A stretch of 64,000 bases of DNA, from positions 9,858,001 through 9,922,000 of the forward strand of contig CDPCPM010000011.1 of NCBI GenBank assembly GCA_976551045.1, read 5' to 3'. The translations under genes and the position numbers were made by a program. This document shows, piece by piece, positions 50,095 through 62,847 of this stretch; the first letter of the stretch is position 1, and each line of letters starts with the position of its first letter. The notes beneath the pieces are model-generated. The model was not told the origin of the DNA. It saw nothing but the letters and a program-made list of their open reading frames with translations, and made no database searches. The stretch comes from Glaucostegus cemiculus (lineage: Eukaryota).

Positions 50095-50430
50095 TACACA
50101 ACACGTTTCTCTAAATTGCTTCACAACCTGAAGTGACTCTAATTTTACAATGGAAAATAGCAAAGTCCTACAAATGACAATGCAGCAGATGACCAGTCAT
50201 CTTTTTGGGTGCTGGTTGCAGGATAAGACTTGGTCCGGACAGTGGGACAGTTCACCTGTTCTTGTGCAGGACCTGAGATGGCAAACAGTTCAGCACATCA
50301 TCTGAAGGAAGACAGCTCTGATAAGTGCAGTACTTCCTGAACACTGCACTTAAGTGTCATATTGGACTACGTGCCAGGTTTTTGGAGTGAGGCTTGGACC
50401 CACAACCTTTCAGTTCAGCGCAGAGAGGCC
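50095..50430 (-). mobile_element. Ancient Deu-domain SINE (SacSINE1/AmnSINE-like)
   Basis: catctgaaggaagacagctctgataagtgcagtacttcctgaacactgcact...ggagtgaggcttggacccacaacc resembles the recalled DeuSINE consensus. Confidence 0.6.
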
Positions 50431-51069
50431 CAGTTTTGGGTTGGACATTTCACGTTTATCCTTAACAAGACACAAAATTAGGCCTCATTTCCCTCCAATT
50501 TGATGCCAGTGAAATGGGCACAAAATGATCAAAGCTCTAAACCAGAGATTTTACATTTATAGTGGGAAATTGGGGGAAAAATCCTTCCAATGGTTTCTAT
50601 TTTAGTGTAGATTCTCTGAGACATGTTGCTGCATGAGCTGAACTCTGCATCTTAGTTTGTTGGCAGTGACTGCTCAGAGTGAACAGCAAGTTTTGGTCAT
50701 TAGCCTTTGTAGCCTATTATGCCTCGTATTAAAACAATCTCATCATTTACCTTGCTTTTCTCCAAATCCATTAATACATTTGATTTAAAAAGTCTATTAA
50801 TCTTAGATTTAAATGTGACTGTTACCTCTGCTATCTGTGGAAGAGAGATCCAATTTTTTCACAGGGTCTTTTCCAATTTTATTCCTGGAAAAACTGATAC
50901 GATAGATCCTGGTTCTGGGTGCACCAGTAAGCTAAAAGTTTTTATTTGATTGATCTTATCAGTTTCACTTAATAACATTGAAATAGTAACATTGAAATAA
51001 CTCTAAGTTGTGCCATCCTTCCTCATATTTTAACTCATGAAGTTCACGTATCCTTCTGATCCATTGCAT

Positions 51070-51260
51070 TTCCCAGGCAGAATATGAGGTACTGTTCTTC
51101 TCATTTGTATTTTGTCTCACCCTAGCAGTGGAGGGTATCAAGGACAGACAGGTTGCTGTGGGAGTAGGAAGGGGAATTAACATGGCTTGCAACCAGGAGT
51201 TCCAGATCACCACTGTGGACACAGCGCAGGTGCTCGGCAAAACAGCCACCAAGTCTGTGT
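51070..51260 (-). mobile_element. Penelope GIY-YIG C-terminal fragment
   Basis: Minus strand reads LGGCFAEHLRCVHSGDLELLVASHVNSP, matching the PLE pattern FAEHL..PVAxHFNS. Confidence 0.65.
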
Positions 51261-51646
51261 ACGTGAAGCCCCAAGATTAAGAGTCTCCACCTACTGTGCA
51301 CTGGTCTATTAGGACATGGGCTCTTACCCTGAAATTTTCAGCTGGTGATTGGTTAGGCCATCCTTAATTTAGACTCTTAATTTATTACTGTTTTCCTTTC
51401 TCATGTTTCTTAAGTAGGAGAGTGACCTGTCAAATTTTCCAAACGAAGGGATTGGTTTCAGATCTTGTAAAAAAAAATTGATTAATGAAAGTGAGGAGAT
51501 CCGTAGTGTTTTCACCCACTTCCCTCAAAATCCTGAGGTGGGAACTATCTGTTCTGGTGCTCTTCATTGTCATTGTTTCTTCATTATTGTTCCTTTGCTT
51601 ATGTGATTTTCAAAAAAATTTGTAGCCCTCATCAATCCCATAACAA

Positions 51647-51803
51647 CATTTAAAAGATATTCAGAGGAGTATGTGGAAAGGGGGGGGGGGTTTAGAGGAA
51701 TATGGGCCAAGCACGGGCAAGTGGGACTAGCTTGGTGGGCACCATGGTCGGCGAGGACGATTTGGACTGAAGGGCATGTTTCCATGCTGTATTACTCTAT
51801 GAG
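51647..51803 (+). mobile_element. CR1 3' tail
   Basis: gaatatgggccaa...ggactgaagggcatgtttccatgctgtattactctatg. Confidence 0.8.
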
Positions 51804-54619
51804 TATAGCTAAACCCTGATTCTTCATTAATGTCCTTGACATATCCAATATATTATACTCTTCATCTGCTCTGAGTTGAGATTCAAAGCCATTTCCATAT
51901 TTTCTTTTCTAATTTGATGTTATCACTTTTCTGAGCAATTCCTCTGTTGGGTTTTATACTAGTTCTGCATCACATTGGATTCTTTAGAGCACTTCCTGCT
52001 GATCTGCTGTCTTTTCACCCATTAACATGGCCAATTTATGATGGATGTTTGGTCTCAACTTATTGAAATTGGCCTATGTCTAGGATTTTGGTGGCTGATG
52101 CAGCTTTCTTCTTTTCAAAGACAGCAATGAACTCAACTATGTTATGATCGATGTTCTTGCAGCACTTGGCTATTAGTGAAATTTGGCTCATTCCACTAAT
52201 ATTGCCTGGACCCTTGATGGTTCTAGGAAGTATTGTTGCAGAAGGTTCTTTTGAACACTCTCAGGAAATTTGCTCCATTCTGTCATGCATATCTGCTTTC
52301 CTCAAGTTAAGATCTGCTTTTAAAACTATTTTGCCTTTACTACGTGCTTTCCTAATCACTCCATTAATACTCTATGCTGCTAGCGAGGCTGTACACAATT
52401 CCCATTGCAGTCTTCAATCCTTTTCATTTCTTTGTTCTACCCATAAAATCTCCCGTCTGCTCATCCTCTGTTACGTCTTCTTATCGTAAAAGTATACTGC
52501 TCTCTGAAGAACAATATGGTAGCTTGCATGTCTTGTAATTTGATAGTATCTGTCATAGCTTGGAAAAACCAAACCCGTGAAATTTCACTGTGGCATAATT
52601 ACTTCCCATCATATCTTACTGTAAGGGCTAACCTATTTAATATAAATGTGATAACATGATTGCTGAAATAACTAACAGTGGAGCTTTAGACAAATACATT
52701 AAGTGTTAGTATATTGTTGCCCCATGGTGTTATTTCAGGGCAAAATTATTAGCTGCCACTTTGTTAGGGAATAAATCAGTAGGTTAATGTAAAATTGAAA
52801 GCAACTGAAGTCTCCATTAGTGACATGAGCTCATTTCTTGTCACACTGAACAAGGCCACTTATAACTCTCAGATTTGTAATAATCCCAGATGTCTGACCT
52901 TTATATGTAGCTGAGGTAATGGTGTGAAATAGTACAACTTTACCTTTCCTTGTTATTATATTTTCAGCTTTCCCTGATTTTTATCTTACACATCTGACTG
53001 TGACAATTCATTGTGCCTGATAGCTGTCCTCCCAAATTGACAGATAGCAGCTGACAAATTATTTTCTGTTATAATTTTACTGCGTGTTATGGATATTCAG
53101 GTTAGTTGGGTTGGTTGAACAGGCAGCAATCCATATTTAACATGGTCGTTGAGGTATCTAAGTACCTGTGAACTACTTCACAAGTGTAGGCTGCAGATGA
53201 TAACTAATAGCAAGTGCATTAATTTGATTGAAAAAGATGCAGGCCATCTGTGCAAAGAATTAAATGCCAATTTTCCTTCAGACATTACAAAATGTTTCTT
53301 TACATGAATGACTTTAGGTTGAACTTCAGGAAACTTTTTTAAAAAGGAAATATGTATGTCACCATGTTATTAAATCGAGCAAATACTGGTTTTGGAAGAA
53401 AAACATGGAGTCTGTTCGTAGGAGGGGAGGGGACAGCAAATCAGAACAATAGCAGGTTTGAGAATATCTACAGTCAGTGCAGGAGACCTCTTAAGTAAAA
53501 ATCATAACACCACCAACAAAAGACTACAGCCAACTGAGACATGTTGAATGCGTCAGTAAACCTATCATTATGTGGACCTATGAAATTCCAAGTGGTTGTT
53601 TAAATCAGTTTGACAGTTTCTCAAGTTAACTTGAAGTAAGTCTAAGGCTAATGTGCTAAACTGATCTGGACAAAATAGGCAGTTTGAAATAGGAACAAGT
53701 GCATATGAATCCTGGTTTGCCATTTCCTGTCCAGGCTGGTAATGTGGATACAAATAACCTGATAATTCATCAGACGAGCAAATCTTTCGAGATGCATTAC
53801 CTATTTTTATTCGTTCCAAAGGTATGCTGGAGCACGCATCTAAAGTTTTAAGGTTCAATAATATAAAATTGTGTCCCTACTGAACTTTGTGTGGGAGGAT
53901 GTCTCTGGCTCCAAGGACAGATTTGTCCCAAGTAAACCTGACAGTTTCATAAGAAGGCTTGTTTCGATGAGAAGGTCTTGTCCTAAATAGTTTCTATACT
54001 GAAACAAGGAAATCAGAAGTTATGCTTCAAAATTCTACTTAAATTCTTACGAATGAAGTTTGCTTCGTGCATGTTCAGCATTTGATAATAGGTTGTACAA
54101 AAGTGAAGATGAGGAAGTAGCTAGCACAGCTGGAATTACGGTTCTCAAATGTTGTGTAGCGTTTAATATCCAGCTTTAACTTATAGCTCCAGCCTCTGCA
54201 ACCACCAGTACAACCTATAAATTTACAATTGTTCTGTCAAAAGAATGAGGAGTAAATAACACACAGGAGCACTGAGGTATAGTGGCACAGCGAAGGATGA
54301 ATTAGTCCCCATCACTACAGTGGCAAAGTGACAAGAATTTTGCCACAATGAGAGGAAACTGAAGAGGATGAATGTCTCCAAGCTATGTTTGCTCATCATC
54401 TGACGGGAAACATTCAGAGAGCTTCATTATGTGATTCGCCTGAGTTGCATCCAGTGGAAACTATCCATCAGTTCTTTCTAGGTTAGATCAGATAATCTGC
54501 CTTGACACTCCAGTGCATTGCTGAGGAAGTGCTGAATGTCCTATCACTAGGGTGATTTATTAAATTGAACTCCTGACACATCTTTTCTGATTAACATTGA
54601 TGATATTTTATGAAATATA

Positions 54620-54950
54620 GGCAGAAAATTGTGGAAGTACTCAGCAGGCCAGGCATTGTCTGTGCAGAGTTGAGCAGTTAACCTTTCAGGTCAATGACCT
54701 TTCATCAGAACTAGGAAAAGTTAGAAATTGAACTTGGTTGTGTTGTGGAGAAGGAGGTAGTGTGGAGAGAACAAAGGCAATGGCTGTGATAGGGTGGAGA
54801 CAGTGAATGGCAAGGTGGTGGTGGTGCTTGCTGAGTGATGTGATGGGCTTGTTAATTGCAGTGGATCTAGAAGCAGAGATTGTTTGAAAGAAAATGGGGC
54901 AACCTCTTGTGATCTGGCCAATGTTTCTTTCTCAATTAATGCCTGACTTA
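54620..54950 (-). mobile_element. Penelope-derived terminus and 3' region
   Basis: gtactcagcaggccaggc...tttcaggtcaatgacctttcatcagaactagg, similar to 28120-28400 and 2760-3100. Confidence 0.7.
54676..54712 (-). ncRNA. Minimal type-I hammerhead ribozyme motif in a Penelope-derived terminus (best-preserved uninterrupted copy)
   Basis: Minus strand reads AGTT-CTGATGA-A-AGGTC-ATT-GACCT-GAAA-G-GTT-AACT: stem I AGUU/AACU, intact CUGAUGA and GAAA cores, perfect 5-bp stem II, GUU triplet. The ACGU stem-III palindrome is changed to AGGU. Confidence 0.7.
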
Positions 54951-55119
54951 TAGATTGTTACTGAAGAATGGATGAAGATTTCTCTACAACATTAATGTCA
55001 TTATAGTTTAAAAGAAATGAATAATGTGAAGTGCCTTGAAATAATTTAATGTGAAAGATGCTAACCCCAGATAATATAAGATTTTATTACTCTGCTATCA
55101 ATGTAGTTAACCATGAAGA

Positions 55120-55162
55120 CTGCTAGATTCTGAAGTAATTCTGCTAGATTCTGAAGTAATTC
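55120..55162. repeat. Perfect 21-bp tandem duplication
   Basis: ctgctagattctgaagtaatt occurs twice. Confidence 0.95.
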
Positions 55163-56689
55163 ATTGACCAGAGACTAAATGTAGTATAAAATTGCCCTTT
55201 GGTTTTACTGTGAGGATCTAGACTTTATACAACAAAAGGAGACAATTTGTCAATAATGTGGGTTTGGGTGGTGAAGGGGGCTGATGAAAGGCGCATGGTG
55301 CTTGGAGTTCCAGCTTTAACTTGTCTGGTGATGCAGAGGAAGTCCATTTTATCCATCAACATTTTTGCTTTAAATTTAAATACTGTATCATGAAACTTAT
55401 TCCACTTTAATTAGAATTATTTCCAAAATGGGATGAGTTACACATTGCCTTTTTGTAGTTCGATACATTGCAAATGACTCAAAAAAAAGTAAAATCATGC
55501 AGTTTGTTTTAAAGAAACATACTTGTCTGTCTGTTATTGTATTCTAATCAGAATCTTAACAAATAATTTGGTACGGAGAAGTTGAGAAGTCATCTGTGAT
55601 GTTGATATGGATAGAAAAGAGTAGTTTCATTTATTGAGTGTGTTTTCACACATTGTTGAAAGATTAAAAATTGACTTACTTTCTTGGCAAACGGATATGA
55701 GGTGAACATTCATTAATTCAGTTATTTTATGTTGGTTGCTGAGGGAGAAATGTTAGCTGTTCTGTTAAATGGCCAGGGTATTATTAATATTGACGTAAAG
55801 AGGCAAGCAGGTTTTTTTATCCTTTCATGGCAAGATCAGCATTTATTATTGTTCTCTAATTGTCCCTTGAATTGAATGGTCAATTGGGCCATTTCAGAGA
55901 GCTGTTAAGAGAATACCACATTGGTGAGACTGGAGTCTCATTTAAGCCAAAGGATGGCAAAGTTCCTTCCCTGAGGGAACTTAGTGAACGAGAGTACTTT
56001 TAACTCATTGAGGTCATCATTACAGATAACAGCCTTTTATTCCAAATGCATTTATTTTTGCCTGAAGTACAGAATTACCAACAATTAAACACTCACTCAG
56101 TACTGAATCAGGCAAGATTGGTGAACTCAGGTCCTTTATATGAATTTTGAATATCGCAGGGAAGAAATTTAAGTGGAGTTAATATGTTCAAAAATGCTAG
56201 GGCAGTATTTGTCTTCACAAAACATCAATGTGCTGGAATAATTATAATTGCTCTTGACATCAACACTAGCAAAACTCTCAATTTACATAAAACAACACAT
56301 GTGTTTGTTTAGACGATTAGTGATTTTTGTCTGATAGATTTTCCATCTTGGCCTTTCTAAAAGATGGGTTAATCTTCCAGAGGTCACATTTTTCTGCCAA
56401 TGCCATTACATATATTTGTTCAGGGGGCAGTTTTACTTGTCACACACACAAACATTAGTAGGAACCATTCCAAATTTGCTACTCTCCCCTATTCTGATGC
56501 CACAGATTTGGCCTTTGGATGAATATGGTGCCAGGTGCTCTCAGCTACCATACTTGTGCTTAAATGTATTGATGAGTGTTGATTGACTATTTGATCACCA
56601 AGATGTTTTTGATGAGCTTGATTGTATTGTGGAATTATGTAGTAACTCTGGAGGATATCTTACTCTGATTACATTGGCCCATGGTGAGA

Positions 56690-57965
56690 CTACGAATGGA
56701 ATAGAACATACAGGTCTGGTCTCCCTACCTAAGGAAGTATATACTTGCAGTACAGGGAGTGTGGCAAAGGCTCACCTGATTGATTTCTTGAGGGGGGGCA
56801 GGGCAGTGGACGGGCAGTGTGAGGGCGGGGAGTCGTATGTAAACTAAGCCGATATTTTCTCTCATTTAGAACAATGAGGGGTGATCTCATTGGAACTCTT
56901 TCAAGATTTGCCAGGCTGCTTGTAAGAAAGATGTTTCCTCAGGCTATGGGATTTAGAATAAGGGGTTACAGTCTCTCATTAGGACACATTCATTAGGACT
57001 ACTTCCTGTGGAAACTGAGGAAAGCGTACCCACATCCCTCAGTCATGAAATCCTTCTACAGGGGGACCATTGAGAGCATCCTAACTCAATGTATCACAGT
57101 TTGGTTTGGAAGCTGCTCAGCTGCTGGGCGGAAGTCCCTCCAGAAGATAGTTAGGACTGCGGAGTGGATCATAGGTGTCTCGCTTCCATCCCTCGCAGAC
57201 ATATACAAAGACCGTTGTGTGAGGAAGACCAAAAGCATAATGGCCGACCCTTCTCACCCCTCTCACCACCTCTTCACAATTTTGCCATCAGGGAGGAGGC
57301 TTAAATGTATCAGGGCAAGAACGTCCAGGCTGAACAATAGCTTCTTTCCGCAAGCCATCAGAACTGCAAACTCACTCATCCCTCCATCTTCCTTTGTTAA
57401 CACTAAGAGATGCTAGGTGTACAGAAATGCACCAGCACTTTAAATGCCGACACCAGCCCGTTCACTTTAAGAACTATTTATTTATTTACTGGCCATTTTT
57501 AATTTAATCTACGTAATAATTCAATTTCAATCTCCATAGCTTCTAATGTGTAATGTTTTGTACTGTGTATTCTGCCAAGTGTGTATGTGTCTCTCTGTTG
57601 GTTGTTATGTTATTCTTTTTTTATGGGACGAGCACCTGAGGAGGACGGTATCTCGCTCCTATGCGTACCATGTATGTATATGGTTGTGACAATAAAACTG
57701 ATTCTGATTCTGAGAAGACATTTCTTCAACCAGATAATTATGATTCTTTGGAATTCACCAGAGAGGGTGGTGAAGACTCATTTGTTGAATCTATTTCATG
57801 ATAGATTGATATGTTCATAAATGCTATAAATATACTTACAAAAAGAATTAAAGGATATGGGTTAATGTGGGAAATTTGCAGTGACATAGAAGATCTGCCT
57901 TAATCTTATTAAATAGCAGAACAGGTCCAAGGGGGTGAATGGCCTTCTCTTATTTTTTTATGTTT
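56690..57965 (+). mobile_element. Old CR1 3' region split by the Rex1 insertion (56690-56990 + 57712-57965)
   Basis: agaacaatgaggggtgatctcattg...aggggttacagtctc resumes as agacatttcttcaaccag...ggggtgaatggccttctcttatt...tatgtttatg. Confidence 0.65.
56995..57711 (+). mobile_element. Rex1/Babar-like LINE 3' fragment inserted in an old CR1
   Basis: ORF 57045-57416 FYRGTIESILTQCITVWFG...DPSHPSHHLFTILPSGRR...NSFFPQAIR. Ends aataaaactgattctgattctg. Confidence 0.88.
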
Positions 57966-58709
57966 ATGTTAGTGTGTCACAGAAGGAGGCCATATAGGCT
58001 TTGGAAGCAAAAGGCAATTCAATTTGTCCCATTTGCAGGTTTTTCTTAAGTCTTTGTCCAAGTCTCTTTGTAAGCTATTAATGAAATGTACTGCATGCCA
58101 AGTCCTAACTGCCAACATCATTTGATGTTGAGGGGTTATCTACCTGAAGTGTTAATTTAGTTTCTGTCTCAACAGATAGTGCCTGACCTGCTGAATATTT
58201 TCAGCAATTTCTGTATCTATCTCAAATTTCTAATATCAGCAGTTTTTGTTTTGGTTTTTGATCGTTAAGATTGAATAGTTGTGCCCGTCTTTGAAGTTTT
58301 TGAAAGATCAGGGAATTGCGGGCTTTGGGGAACTGGCACAGGAGAAGAGGTGAAGTATGGGGCAGTTCAGCCATGGTCATATTGAATGGAGAGGGCAGGC
58401 TTGAAGGGCCGACCCCTCCTATTTTATTGTATTCTTTTGTCAGACCTGGTTGGAATGTGGTATACGTTTCTAAACACTGAAGGTGTTTGACAGCCAGTTC
58501 AGTTTGGGGAGTGGCTCAACTGGTTACCAAAGCATTTCTGTGGGGTTTGTGTTCGAGAAGATTCTGTGCCAAGGAGGACCTTGCTGATTGGTTTGGAGCC
58601 AGTTTATGTTGGAGTTTCCAGTAGGTGACCTGCTCTCAGTAAGTGTGGAGCTAACAGGTAGTAGAGTGCTGAGAGTGGACAGCTCATCATTCACAGGAAA
58701 TTCTGGTCA

Positions 58710-58885
58710 ATCTATATTCACAAGCAGGTTTATTATCCCTGACACATATCATGAAATTTGTTGTTGTGTGGCAGCAGTACAGTGCAAGACATAAAGACAT
58801 AAAAATTACTATAAGTCACAAAAAATAAATAACGCTAAAGAGGTTATAACAAGGCAGTGTTCACGGACTGTTCAGAAATCTGATT
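58710..58885 (-). mobile_element. Rex1-like 3' UTR fragment
   Basis: ggtttattatccctgac...catgaaatttgttg...gcagcagtacagtgc is the reverse complement of a Rex-type tail like that at 46730-46800. Confidence 0.55.
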
Positions 58886-58941
58886 ACTTTACTTGTCTGT
58901 GAACCTTGGCAACATAAATACGATCATGCTGTATATGAAAT

Positions 58942-59065
58942 GCATTTAAAAGGTACTGCGATAGGTACATGGATAGGAAAGGTTTAGAGGGACATGGGCC
59001 AAACGTGGGCAAATGGGATGAGTTTAGATGGGAGTCTTGGTCAGCATGGACTAGAAGAGCCAAAG
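58942..59065 (+). mobile_element. CR1 3' UTR fragment
   Basis: ggtacatggataggaaaggtttagagggacatgggccaaac, similar to 51647-51803. Confidence 0.7.
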
Positions 59066-60094
59066 AGCATGGAAATGGGCCTTCAGTCTCTATTTATGTT
59101 GATGCCAAGTGACTGGGCCATACTTGCTGCCAGGTGAAAGATGCCTTCACTTATCACAGACATACATACTGTACCTGAGCATGGATTTATCTTCCACAGA
59201 TTCCTATTATCAACTTGCTGATCTGAAATGTTGAGGTCCTGCGAGCGTCAGCAATTCTATTAAATGGGGTGAAGGGGAAAGCAGAAGAATGAAAAAAAAT
59301 TTGACAGGTGGCAAAGCTAGCCCACTAAACATTGCCAGCTGTTAAATCCTCAAGTAATCTGAATGCCTGTGAATATTCCAGCCATTCAGAAACATCCAAA
59401 AACTATTAGAAAACAATTATTAAAAAACTACAATTTAGAAGAAAAATACACTTGTAAACAATTTTGAACAGTTAAATCATTAAAGCAACTTCAAATACTT
59501 CAAGAAAAAGTAAATTATGTCACATTTAACCTTCTGTCACTCAGCTATTCCACACCTTCCAAAGGGCTCACTGATCCTGCTGCAGCCCTGGGCTGGCACA
59601 GGTTTAACGGTCAGATTATCCAGCGAACTGCTGGGGTATTTCTCAAGACTGTGTTCCAGCAGCTGGAGTCTAGAGTTTGAGACGGCTGGGAAATTACTAG
59701 CGGAACTCAGTGAACAAGTTTGGCTCTTCTGTGTACATGCAGGAATCCTGAATATCTTAATGCTTACATGGAAAAAGTTATGGCACTTTGGCACAACAGC
59801 ACATTTCTCAATAAAGTTTTGATCCAGTATCTTCTGTTGTTGTCATCAAATCAACCTGCAGTGTAACATTAAAGTTCAAGCACGTTATTAACCTGCATAG
59901 CTGTACTATGACTCAGTTGTATTGCTACTACAAAGATAACTGAAATGTATATCTTCTCTTATCTCTCACTGTTGTTCTTAGATTTACAAAAGGACAGTTG
60001 ACATTTACATCAAATATAGTTGAGGTTTGACATGTAAAATTACAAGCTGATAATATGGATTAATCTGGACAACTGGTTTGAGTTTGGTGAGTCG

Positions 60095-60222
60095 AACATA
60101 AAGCAGGAAAGTGGAGGAACAGGTCCTTCAGCCCATCATCTGTGTGCCGACCACAATGCCAATCTAAACTCAAATCATCTGCCTGCACACAGTCAGTATC
60201 CCTTTGTTCCCTGCCTGTTCTA
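60095..60222 (-). mobile_element. 3' tail of an older CR1 that is interrupted by the 60226-62844 element
   Basis: aacaggtccttcagcccatc... is a CR1 3' UTR reverse complement. The sequence resumes at about 62848. Confidence 0.75.
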
Positions 60223-60225
60223 CGG

Positions 60226-62844
60226 TAGAACCATCGAATAACATAGGACAGTACTGGCCCTTCGGCCCACCATGTTGTGCTGACCTTTAAACCATGCCCA
60301 AGACTATCTAACCCCTTTCTCCCACATATCCCTCTATTTTAAATTCGTCCATATGCTTATCTAACAATCTCTTGAACTTGACCAACATATCAGCCTCCAT
60401 CACCACCCCAGGCAGCACATTCCATGCACCAACCACTGTCTGGGTGAAAGACCTCTCTCTGACATCTCCCTTGAACTTCCCACCCATTACCTTAAAGCCA
60501 TGCCCTCTTGTATTGAGCATTGGTGCCCTGGAAAAGAGGCGCTGGCTGTCCACTCTATCTATACCTCTATCATGTCTCCTCTCATCCTCCTTCTCTCAAA
60601 TGAGTAAAGCCCTAGTTCCTTTAGTCTTTCATCCTAATCCATACTGTCTAATCCAGGCAACATCCTGGTAAATCTCCTCTGCACCCTTTCCAACGCCTCT
60701 ACATCCTTCCTATAATGAGGCGACCAGAACTGGACACAGTACGCCAAGTGTGGTCTAACCAGAGTTTTGTAGAGCTGCATCATTACCTCGAGGCTCTTAA
60801 ACTCATTCCCACAACTTTTGAAAGCTAACATCCCATAAGCTTTCTTAACTACCTTATCCACCTGTGAGGGAACTCTCAGTGACCTGTGGATATGAACCCT
60901 CAGATCCCTCTGCTTCTCCACACTACCCAGTATCCTGCCGTTAACTTTGTACTCCACCTTGGTGTTTGTCCTTCCGAAGTGTACCACCTCACACTTCTCT
61001 GGATTGAACTCCATCTGCCACTTCTCAGCCCAGCTCTGCAACCTATCAATATTCCTCTCTAAGCTTTGACAGCCCTCCGCACTATCCACAACACCATCGA
61101 CCTTTGTGTCGTTTGCAAACTTGCTAACCCACCCTTCCACCCCCTCATCCAAGTCATTAATAAATATCACAAAAGGTAGAGGTCCCAGAAGCAATCCCTG
61201 TGGGACACCACTAGTCACAGCCCTCCAATCTGAATGCATTCCTTCCACCATAACCCTCTGCTTTCTACAGGCAAGTCAAGTCCAAATCCACATGCCCAAG
61301 CCTCCCTGGATCCCTTGCCCTCTGACCTTCTGAAGAAGCCTACCATGTGGAACCTTATCAAACGCCTTACTAAAATCCATGTAGACCACATCTACTGCAC
61401 TGCCCTCATCAATCTTCCTGGTCACCTCCTCAAAGAACCCTATCAGACTTGTGAGGCAAGATCTTCTCTTTGCAAAGCCATGCTGGCTGTCCCTAATTAG
61501 TCCATGATTCTCTAAATGCTCATAGATCCTATCTCTTAGAATCCTTTCTAACAGCTTGTCCACCACAGACATAAGGCTCACTGGTTCTGTAATTCCCTGG
61601 ACTATCCCTACTACCTTTTTTGAATAAAGGGACAAGATTTGCCACCCTCCAATCCTCCTGTACCATCCCCATGGACAATGAGGACTCAAAGATCCTAGCC
61701 AACAGTTCAGCAAGCTCCTCCCTCACCTCACGAAGCAGCCTGGGGTATATTCTGTCAGGCCCCGGGGACTTTCCTCTCTCTTGATATCTACATGCTCTAG
61801 AACATTAACTGTACCAACACATCCTCTCTCTTGATATCTACATGCTCTAGAACATTAACTGTACCAACACTGTCCTCAGCGTCATGAAGACCCCTCTCCT
61901 TGGTGAATACTGAGGAGAAGTATCATTGAGAACCTCACCCACTTCCATAGCTTCCAGGCACATCTTCCTACCTTTGTCTCTAATTGGACCTACCTTTACC
62001 CTCGTCATCCTTCTGCTCTTTACGTATGAGAAAAAAGCTTTGGGATTTTCCTTAGCCCTACTTGCCAAAGCCTTTTCATGTCCCCTTCTTGCTCTCCTCA
62101 GACCCTTCTTAAGTTCCTTCCTTGCTACTCTATATTCTTCACAAGCCCTATTCTGATCCTTGCTGCTTACTCCTTATGTATGCTGCTTTCTTCTTCCTAA
62201 CTAGTTGTTCCACCTCTCTTGTCACCCATGGTTCCTTCACCCTGCCATTCTTTCTCTGCCTCACTGGGACAAATTTATCCCTAACATCCTGCAAGAGATC
62301 CCTGAACATCGACCACATCTCCATAGTACATTTCACTTTAAATATGTCAGCCCAATTTACACTCTAGCCTCATAGCCTCATAATTTGCCTTTCCCCAATT
62401 AAATATCTTCCCGTCCTCTTTGCTCCTATTCTTGTCCATGACAATGCTAAAAGTTGTGGAAAAGTGGTCGCTGTCCCCCAAATGCTCACCCACTGAGAGA
62501 TCTGTCACCTGACCTGGTTCATTACCTAATACTAGATCTAATATGGCATTCCCTCTAACCGGTCAACATACTTTAACAGGAATCGGTCCTGAACACACTT
62601 AACAAACTCTGCCCCATCTAAACCTTTGGCACTAAGCAGGTACCAATCAATATTTGGGAAATTGAAGTCTCCCATGATAATAACCCTGTTATTTCTGCAT
62701 CTTTCCAAAATCTGCCTCCCAATCTGCTCCTCAGTATCCCTGCTGCTACTGGGGGGGGAGCCTATAGAATACTCCCAATAGAGTAACTGCTCCTTTCTTG
62801 TTCCTAACTTCCACCCATACTGACTTTAGAGAGGATCCTTCTAC
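60226..62844 (-). mobile_element. Degenerate CR1 LINE related to the 24.3-27.3 kb copy (partial APE, RT, 3' tail)
   Basis: ORF fragments 60308-60553, 60634-61251, 61276-61713, 61847-62068 and 62148-62336 are colinear with the 947-aa ORF (GVPQGLLLGP, FAND, DFSKAFDKV) but separated by frameshifts. Confidence 0.93.
61772..61870. repeat. Perfect 49-bp tandem duplication (period 50) inside a CR1
   Basis: tcctctctcttgatatctacatgctctagaacattaactgtaccaacac at 61772-61820 and 61822-61870. Confidence 0.95.
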
Positions 62845-62847
62845 ATT

